DNA of 64,000 nt, taken from positions 186,001 through 250,000 of the IMG/VR virus record IMGVR_UViG_3300030102_006934; one strand, 5' to 3'. Both the position numbers and the translations under genes were made by a program. Below, one piece after another: positions 60,101 to 64,000 of the stretch. The notes under the pieces are model-generated. The model was not told the DNA's origin. It made no database searches and was given only the letters and a program-made list of their open reading frames with translations. How positions within the stretch are numbered: position 1 is the stretch's first letter; every line of letters begins with the position of its first letter.

Positions 60101-63100
60101 GCTAACAACATGTTTAGACCTATATCAGACCAAGGAACATTTAGTGATATAGATAGTAAGTTAGGCTCACCAATGTGGTACTCTATGTATATAGGTGGTG
60201 TTTCTAGACAACTAAAATTAAAAAATGATGATAACCAACCAGGGTGCTTAACAGAACTAAATATCAACGGTAAAAAAGATCAGTCAGATGATGGATTCTT
60301 AATGAGCCCATTTCCAAACTCAAAACCAGCTCCACCAGATTTTGTTAGTACTACTAATCCAGACAATACCCTAACTAATAGTAATTCCACCTCAAAAGGT
60401 ATTACAGCTTTCAAAGTAAGGTTTGGAGCGGAAAATCAAAGTCACTTCACTGGGATAAATTTAGACCAGTTAGAATTTAAGGATACTAATGAAAGTATTG
60501 TAGCAACACAAGCAATAGCTGAAAGAGCTTCCAATGGTGGTGCTGGTGGTTTTATCGCTAAAGGACAAGACCTATATCAAATATTCTTAAATAGAAGTTA
60601 TACCGCTAAAGTAGAGTCATTGGGTAATGCGATGATTCAACCATTCCAATATTTTCAATTAGAAAACGTACCGATGTTCTTTGGTAGTTATCTTATAACT
60701 AAAGTTTCTCATAATATTAGACCTAATCACATGAAAACTAGTTTTGAGGGGGTAAGAATGAGTCACGCAACAGTACCAATAGTAGAAGACTTTATTTCTA
60801 CATTTAACATTAAACCTTCTAAAGAGGGAGCTAAAAGAAAATCTTTAAAGGGTACTGGTAGTAATTCTAACAAAGCTAGTAATTATAGTTATAGTTCCTC
60901 ATCAAGTTCAACAACAGGTATGAAATCAGTTAGTGGTTTATATAGTCCAATAGAAATAGCGACAACCACTGTAACAGACGAGCAAGGTAACACAAAAAAT
61001 ATAACCAAGAAAATAAGGGAAGGTTTAGTAGCTAGAGGTTTTAATTTGAATCAAGTACTCACAAAAGGTGATTCTAGAAAATATACAGATGCAAATGGAA
61101 ATGTAATAGATGTTAAACAAATAAAAGATGGTTCTTTTTATAATGAAGTTACTAGAATAAATGGTAAGAACTGGATGGCTGGAGATTGGCCTAAATATTC
61201 AGGTAGTGAAGAAAGAGGGCCTAAAGGTATTCAAATACATTGGACCGCTGGTTGGACTTTAAAACAAACAACTACTGTCTTAGCTAATAGAGGTTTAGCC
61301 TATAGTATATTAATAGGTGAGGATGGTAAGGCTTATCAAATCACCAATCTAGATAAAAAAGGTGCCCACGCTGGTTGTGTTAGTGACACAGTAGCTTGTC
61401 ATAGAGGAATGAACTCTAAATCTTTAGGTATTTCTTATGTAGGTGGTATTGAAGGAGGTACTGAAAGATCAATAAATAATGGTTATTTAAGAACTTGGGA
61501 AGATTGGCAGACAGAAAGTAAAACAGTACCTTTTTGTCCGAAAGGTACTAAAAAGAACAAAGAGGGTATTGCTAGTTGTTCCGATACTGAAGCAACAGAC
61601 CCATATGACGTAGTATCTTCTAGGGGTAGGGTATTCAAACCAAAAGGCCAATGGGAATCTTTAGTAGATTCTATATTAATGATGAAAGTTAAGTTCCCCA
61701 GAATGCAGTGGATTACTGGACACAACTTTACCAACGCTGGTAAAGCAGACCCTGGTATAGGGTTTCCATGGGACAAATTAGTTAGAGACCTAAAAACAAG
61801 GGGATGGAACAAGGAAGACGCTGACGATGACCCAATTATCGTTACTGAATGGCCAATCACCAGAGGAAAAGGTAATAAGGCAGGTCAAACAATAGTGGAC
61901 GGTGGACTTTACCAACAAGATAGTATTGATGCTTTAGGGGAAGAATTAAAATCTGCTGGTGTAGAGTATGGTGCCGCACAAAATGAATATGACATAGATG
62001 ATGTCTTAGTAGCTCAAGAAGAAAGGGAAGATGACGCTCAAGAAGGCCAAACAGTAGACCAAATAGCTTGTAGAATATTAAATGGACCATTTAAATATGG
62101 ACCTAACGATACTGGTAAAGGTTTAATAGAAGATTTAGGTTTAACAAAACAGCAAGCAGCAGGTGTTGTTGGTAATCTACAAGGTGAGTCAGGATTAATA
62201 CCAGATAGAATACAAGGAGCTGGTACTAAAACGGGCACTATTGACCAATCTGGAAAAGGTGGATATGGTTGGGCTCAATGGACCTTCCCTAAATTAAAAG
62301 AAGATTTTATTGCTAGTGCGAAAGCGGTAGGTGTTGACCTAAATAAAACACCAGCTGATATGGATATCAATTATAAGTATTTGGTTGAGTTCATACAATC
62401 AAGTGGTAAGTTAGCGATACAAAAAGATAAATACGGTAATATAGCTACAGAACTGGGCATAGATAAATGTGGTGGTTTGGAAGGGTTTAAAAAAACAAAA
62501 ACAGTAAGAGAAGCTACAGTTTATTTTATGGGATGTTATGAAAGACCAGCAGTTCAAGACGAAAAAGAAATAGTAAAAAGAACAACCTTTGCTAATCAAG
62601 CCTACCAAACTTGTGAATCATCAAATACGGCGGTGACAAATGATGATACTGAAACCGTAACTGAAAATAGTATTATAGTACATTCTAATGTTAAAAACTT
62701 AAATGAGGCATTAGGTATAGAGGGTCCTTACACAGCTAACTACCCACCACCAGCTGGAGCAATACCACAAAGTACGATAGACAAATTAGTTCTATTGAAT
62801 GTTGAATATAAAAATCATTTAGGACAAGAGTGTAGGGGACAATTAGTTACTTATAAAGTTGCGGAAGAGAAAATGAAAAATATATTTAAAAAACTCAAAC
62901 AAATAGAGTACCCAATAGAAAAATGTGATCTACCAGTTAAATATAATTGGAATGACGAAGACTTAATGAATAAAAACATAACGAATAGTTTTAACTATAG
63001 AGCAATAACGGGTGGAAACGGTATAAGTCCACATGGTACAAAACCAGTTTTAGATTTAAACCCACTATTTAATCCATACTTTAAACCAGGGTATATCAAC

Positions 63101-63451
63101 AACGATAAGTCCCAAGGGGTATCACCAGGACCATATAGTGAATTAACACCATCTAAAACACCTTATAAAACTGTTGAATCTTATTGGAAAAATACAATAC
63201 CACCCACTTTTGGGTTATTTGGTAGTTCATACCCAGTAGCCTTTAACTCAGTTACCAAGACAATGAATGTGGTAGATAAAAAATGGATACCAAATGGTGA
63301 AGAAATAACTACAACAGGACCCAACGCGGCAGGTAAAAAATCTAAAATAGTACAAATATTTAAAGAAAATGGTTTTAATAGATGGGGTGGAGCTTGGACA
63401 GACCAAATAGATGGACAACATTTTGAGATTGCTAACACTGGTAATATATAA
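51155..63451 (+). CDS. Giant baseplate hub (gp27/VgrG-like) with C-terminal amidase, tail lysozyme and M15 peptidase domains
   Basis: Hub N-part (FGITNINV..IDFVDLRG..LKGYYG) and C-part (SYTAKVESLGNAMIQP..GSYLITKVSH); Amidase_2 about 61220-61790; Phage_lysozyme2 about 62130-62610; M15 about 62780-63430. Confidence 0.8.
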   Translation: MAESSTQFGCNDLAKNVSGCEENGNIRLINPNAQIDEEGVKNEDLVMYATLRARVKNKSLLLDKDDELWNELTFIKAKSNAPGQAAEGSANATPENTSFLTTNWTDIGSSDMLFEKDHETFGITNINVDIQADFIPKISIDFVDLRGATLFEQGSCSPYASFFHQPYPVFELVLKGYYGSPIKYQLMVQDFKTSFDASTGNYVSKAEMIGFNYAFLGDIMLAYVLAVPYIEGSDEILTSIYQDYLNYYKERGFNEGRNKFEPLSADDNSPLTLYNYVRKLQELEGQGNSDKGPIAEIQSSSELFTIENLDKFQEILNDIDEFIDKDFDESWKKKGGKNVNNLYYYGDGSVGDTGVNTDNLLDVYSNFFGSVGKITTSIAVYNDLVGDSGSSSLTPIISNPKVEKTSTYLLSLDLEGLKNEMNNKLDEISLDLKTKRKEFIDLANAKIKSSVGFVPTIRSFFTTLIANTELFLELLRTTSYDAEQYHQKNKDSDKIRFKNEEDVPVSDIVYAWPTYTEIRQSGTRDETEVEVYPGTNPKFQNWPEVIFVENLLKALTEMNRKLQEGDGEEVNPEVDPYDGIPGRDNYFPVNAMETPLGARDANNSYYNLNSKDAVIRSLGERFILYSNVTGVNSNFLNTSVIASAKNSFNETLLLRGKYAIQPVEFNLNKSFNPSKKYQIFPGIEKLNNGVLTPYFSAGHYFKPKKFGGEDLNINTNLTYSQNYKKIGGIKGYPYIDDRKFFGNYVSPMGLPLSREASETEDTYNNDWNNIGYLMEGDGEVKSSNNLTYEELTPSSELRTHVISFKIPKITQTDFRTKFEKSFKYEGNLGNKKSFTNDENVVVLEPLYYTKKMVIIFVDKNTTKPGYSIENHISQVPKNVRDKAWIILCTNYVGYDYKGKNKSARAEFLSNYLETDNYLQLVNIVVEILYKAKGNPTRKLTSEEIDLSSGIDSFFDITLLGYGSGSLEAFLYGDTQETLDNVEIVGLADPNLFGVSGTSYADISGDLTIINEFGVANRFEKQTLETVKQHLNFPQKGFRMVWGSDTQVNVFGGDETPNQYQKLENYIKNTSSTGKSGKSSKISGLNKSEALKSWFENYGEEIVEDIQKTDTLLFPSETTVSKSKPSSENNFEVGREFIPEKEFAIWAGLGLTERLSKNWEYLGKLEAHNMYNSLSNQNLIGNLLSSLDNVKELHKQIIEKLGITTSDIYDNNYYNQLYRYNKPITINRVSKEKGGAIKVLPNIHDMKGSDLVRLTRFDNIAGSGWDFGKESPVYFWYKNASGRRGFGIDPESTFITSSVFEDLNKYYGSEPKGDNKLDVSKNSTQYVDGLLARDFNIREGTQTLMHRYSKGMARTGLFNTEGTFLTNGSRAGIDGSVDNFGEPMINTFTQTNNTIRDKLLSLDVWPNNNFSYSSFDNIGGRFLKIGGEFTRKYMKTPSEFTLTTTGDNHKPTNVRAKKSGLNPLGTTNITWNTLNLNTPIYETYTSESAKLRDSLGKDEDSSPNWRNYRASVLSYSNWASSEITKVEEAKESANAEGNNDKLKVSSGFGLNASLSPFFNAPMSRKLENLNFFNQGATITESPWWRHNMPSNQSGSNYWSDNKTYYSFFGAGVFNEVEGDDFVNNANDGSTYNRQPSVTNKLKGDGDSGGQAKFISKAPLFVGIGNDLDSYNTTSKFFPSGNGSQFNYFGTLGTSEDKIYKVENGDNGFVDQGTLSPVAQQNYYGSSVDWSVKLNRKNQYLGRKYQLTNHNKDDFSITRDSNSGTFGADGEIDLGNITVDPNLTSYNKTKAWKGSLAYLFLSNQFHKPWTGLYTNTNKNLGPQGYFGMASFNAQMPRHSVLMLGAVLWRMRESGLLESDDNKWNLPPEITNGLDPVNYPITPNKLDLAYSNTSIGIDTKQFLLRSINKNSSITTEEYVDAINTELNPLDSVWPTNHNVRPPQISLVSNPSGDNNGGYLFGNNKFMTFPRADEWPVPNLGMIGAYDFFADKKAKNPFKNQYRIFTPILANSGMNALRYNTQDFRFRNTQKQVDAFKQQILEVLKAQESELNAVANEAADNTAHNARVAGQTDEAAEAAGQSQVKKAEELLNEVKEKADKKALEAAVVTMDSILKKIPNLAGTEESFTRLTSLVFEGREFINGALLNTVDNSILEQDIYLKNDTIKRIIDPSFGVEIADFSTMTYFRMDQVDDGRSSLWKQTDDVAAYNESSSAFPTIRNLYKSNEGINTQINGEEEAIVAKLAGAEVPSTQNVIKTVIDTPMELLNITENGVFIRQVEGQLIKASVINIEEVIGTEKTVIYRTYEGKATFDLYANRTGELLKKGETDTPYFLTQDLLDSDGDVLYEAGTGYKEWPITEGEVNITQDSENKWKLVTPRVLEIQGYTPVSGSRKLTNEFDQKRYIGKSSNIKMPNGVSVPGGNTYIGDRSIEAQLNIWRDNSWGIDWIESDGSPNGSSETVRSGYHKYSGYYKVFTDGSYVVYKSGKVRAVGSSDFDGVTIKATKSRALKLTLEGLTSGEKTLLNLETAYAYGDNDDAVDTVDLVKSELTLLNDPEIDQDTYKDSLTRRIQRRSSYRGYLRGYLPMGPEIWFMPTEVKKIFIKEFEDYVGDMNNWVDPNESTDNFDYALQTIDPLNFPRYENNNKFGVFKNEIIYPTAFEEIGTVGTDAPSVLRLSTNKIREAYGDGLDLTKDKMPLIPQPLLDFYNLFEINKATIPINQLRKYSKFQTQITRDFNKGDTPEIYPFIEQRTKSFDSKGLPANSKLNDVYNSLFGSYYFVTSTTPRTFSGEFPLQEIDGEMVETTHDYFTFNKREMFAFLKGFVKELSSPEIKGAFEQSLKDDYMNEIQGEVLGAGQDDDIRLSIYRSLKTLYDKYISGSAAGQSSGKGEDKTRMFYNPIGRNRLFIDHFVFVNRVNADIGDVALVKLETVNNLFQNTQNSIFEISSDVLSSSNFIFLPLPGYVDLSAGLTKTNVDRNTEFPNFVAEQANNMFRPISDQGTFSDIDSKLGSPMWYSMYIGGVSRQLKLKNDDNQPGCLTELNINGKKDQSDDGFLMSPFPNSKPAPPDFVSTTNPDNTLTNSNSTSKGITAFKVRFGAENQSHFTGINLDQLEFKDTNESIVATQAIAERASNGGAGGFIAKGQDLYQIFLNRSYTAKVESLGNAMIQPFQYFQLENVPMFFGSYLITKVSHNIRPNHMKTSFEGVRMSHATVPIVEDFISTFNIKPSKEGAKRKSLKGTGSNSNKASNYSYSSSSSSTTGMKSVSGLYSPIEIATTTVTDEQGNTKNITKKIREGLVARGFNLNQVLTKGDSRKYTDANGNVIDVKQIKDGSFYNEVTRINGKNWMAGDWPKYSGSEERGPKGIQIHWTAGWTLKQTTTVLANRGLAYSILIGEDGKAYQITNLDKKGAHAGCVSDTVACHRGMNSKSLGISYVGGIEGGTERSINNGYLRTWEDWQTESKTVPFCPKGTKKNKEGIASCSDTEATDPYDVVSSRGRVFKPKGQWESLVDSILMMKVKFPRMQWITGHNFTNAGKADPGIGFPWDKLVRDLKTRGWNKEDADDDPIIVTEWPITRGKGNKAGQTIVDGGLYQQDSIDALGEELKSAGVEYGAAQNEYDIDDVLVAQEEREDDAQEGQTVDQIACRILNGPFKYGPNDTGKGLIEDLGLTKQQAAGVVGNLQGESGLIPDRIQGAGTKTGTIDQSGKGGYGWAQWTFPKLKEDFIASAKAVGVDLNKTPADMDINYKYLVEFIQSSGKLAIQKDKYGNIATELGIDKCGGLEGFKKTKTVREATVYFMGCYERPAVQDEKEIVKRTTFANQAYQTCESSNTAVTNDDTETVTENSIIVHSNVKNLNEALGIEGPYTANYPPPAGAIPQSTIDKLVLLNVEYKNHLGQECRGQLVTYKVAEEKMKNIFKKLKQIEYPIEKCDLPVKYNWNDEDLMNKNITNSFNYRAITGGNGISPHGTKPVLDLNPLFNPYFKPGYINNDKSQGVSPGPYSELTPSKTPYKTVESYWKNTIPPTFGLFGSSYPVAFNSVTKTMNVVDKKWIPNGEEITTTGPNAAGKKSKIVQIFKENGFNRWGGAWTDQIDGQHFEIANTGNI

Positions 63452-63460
63452 CCTACCAAT

Positions 63461-63492
63461 ATTGAATTAATTAATTAATTTGTCTATCTTTG
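63461..63492 (+). promoter_or_regulatory. Bacteroidota-type promoter
   Basis: ATTG-N20-TATCTTTG, ending 5 nt before ATG 63498. Confidence 0.6.
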
Positions 63493-63497
63493 TTGAT

Positions 63498-64000
63498 ATG
63501 ATAAAAGTTATAACAAATAATAGAGATGTTGTTGAAAAGTATCTAGATTCTAACTTTTCTTTTGAAAATGGGTTTATCACAGTTTACATAGGTTGGGATT
63601 TAGCTAAAGAAAATGGGGCTTCAATTTTAAATCATAAAATAGATGAAAGAACTTATTGGACTTTTTTACCCACAGAAAAAAGAAAAGTTTTTCAAGAATC
63701 ATTAGAAGAATTTAAAAGTATTGTTTTTAATAAGATTAAAAGTGAGATAAAATTCTATAATATAAACCCATTAGACCACAACACCAAAGAAGAAGTACTC
63801 TCTTTTATTTTAGACAAACTTATCGATTTTATTGGATATTTATATAAAGAAAAAATCTATTTTTATAAAAATAAAACAGTTTATCATTTAGATTTAGGTT
63901 TTTTAGATTTTATGAACTGGAACATAATTGATGAAATTACGAGTAAAATAAGTATCAGACCTTTAGAAGTGACTGATAATAACTTGGAAATAAAATATAT
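63498..64000 (+). CDS. Hypothetical protein, truncated by the window end (not in ORF track)
   Basis: MIKVITNNRDVVEKY...VYIGWDLAK...YWTFLPTEKR... stays open to the edge. Confidence 0.7.
   Translation, partial: MIKVITNNRDVVEKYLDSNFSFENGFITVYIGWDLAKENGASILNHKIDERTYWTFLPTEKRKVFQESLEEFKSIVFNKIKSEIKFYNINPLDHNTKEEVLSFILDKLIDFIGYLYKEKIYFYKNKTVYHLDLGFLDFMNWNIIDEITSKISIRPLEVTDNNLEIKY

Noticed and set aside
25332-63451. Bacterial eCIS, T6SS or tailocin locus
   Set aside because: Head-joining neck genes, helicase, probable polymerase, phage late promoters and absence of T6SS membrane-complex or Afp15-type ATPase genes indicate a phage genome.
21147-63451. Inteins or introns in the helicase, sheath or giant genes
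   Set aside because: No intein splice-junction or LAGLIDADG/HNH motifs recognised, and no frame breaks.
2683-63459. Many short antisense or nested ORFs in the track (e.g. 36010-36585, 41334-41816, 48749-49174)
   Set aside because: They overlap well-supported genes and have low-complexity mirror composition.
1-64000. Alternative genetic code (stop-codon reassignment)
   Set aside because: Standard code 11 gives dense, intact ORFs including a 4098-aa gene; TAG (e.g. 17502, 31803) and TGA (e.g. 16034) act as normal stops.
1-64000. tRNA or rRNA genes
   Set aside because: Intergenic spaces are short and AT-rich; no cloverleaf or T-loop signature noticed by eye. tRNAscan-SE would be decisive.

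Overview
A 64-kb, very AT-rich segment of a large contractile-tailed (T4-like, probably jumbo) bacteriophage, covering neck, tail, baseplate and fibre genes. The host is probably Bacteroidota: TAnnTTTG promoters, A-rich starts without Shine-Dalgarno, and a Bacteroidota-type ClpP. Gene order: N-terminus of a probable PolB (minus strand), gp13-like neck, SHAEG-repeat fibre with a G2 intramolecular chaperone, LamG-like virion protein, DUF5659, a 1539-aa hendecad coiled-coil fibre, an ~8-kb glycosyltransferase locus, SNF2 helicase, gp14/gp15-like, an unannotated RHH-like gene, tail sheath, a ~9-kb block of putative head-packaged proteins with [ILM]xE leaders (interleaved with host-promoter genes such as clpP), tail tube, NEIL1-like glycosylase, M28-like peptidase, tail chaperone with a probable +1 frameshift, tape measure, a 1768-aa tube/baseplate protein with an OmpA-like insert, gp53-like, and a 4098-aa baseplate hub ending in three different peptidoglycan hydrolases. 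A motif TATTTAT(A) precedes 18 genes or operons and is the likely late promoter. Best candidate for a new system: a late-expressed, phage-encoded virion glycosylation locus, with a candidate [S/T]-G-x-T sequon that is enriched in several external virion proteins and absent from the giant hub. All family calls come from recognising motifs by eye; no database searches were run.
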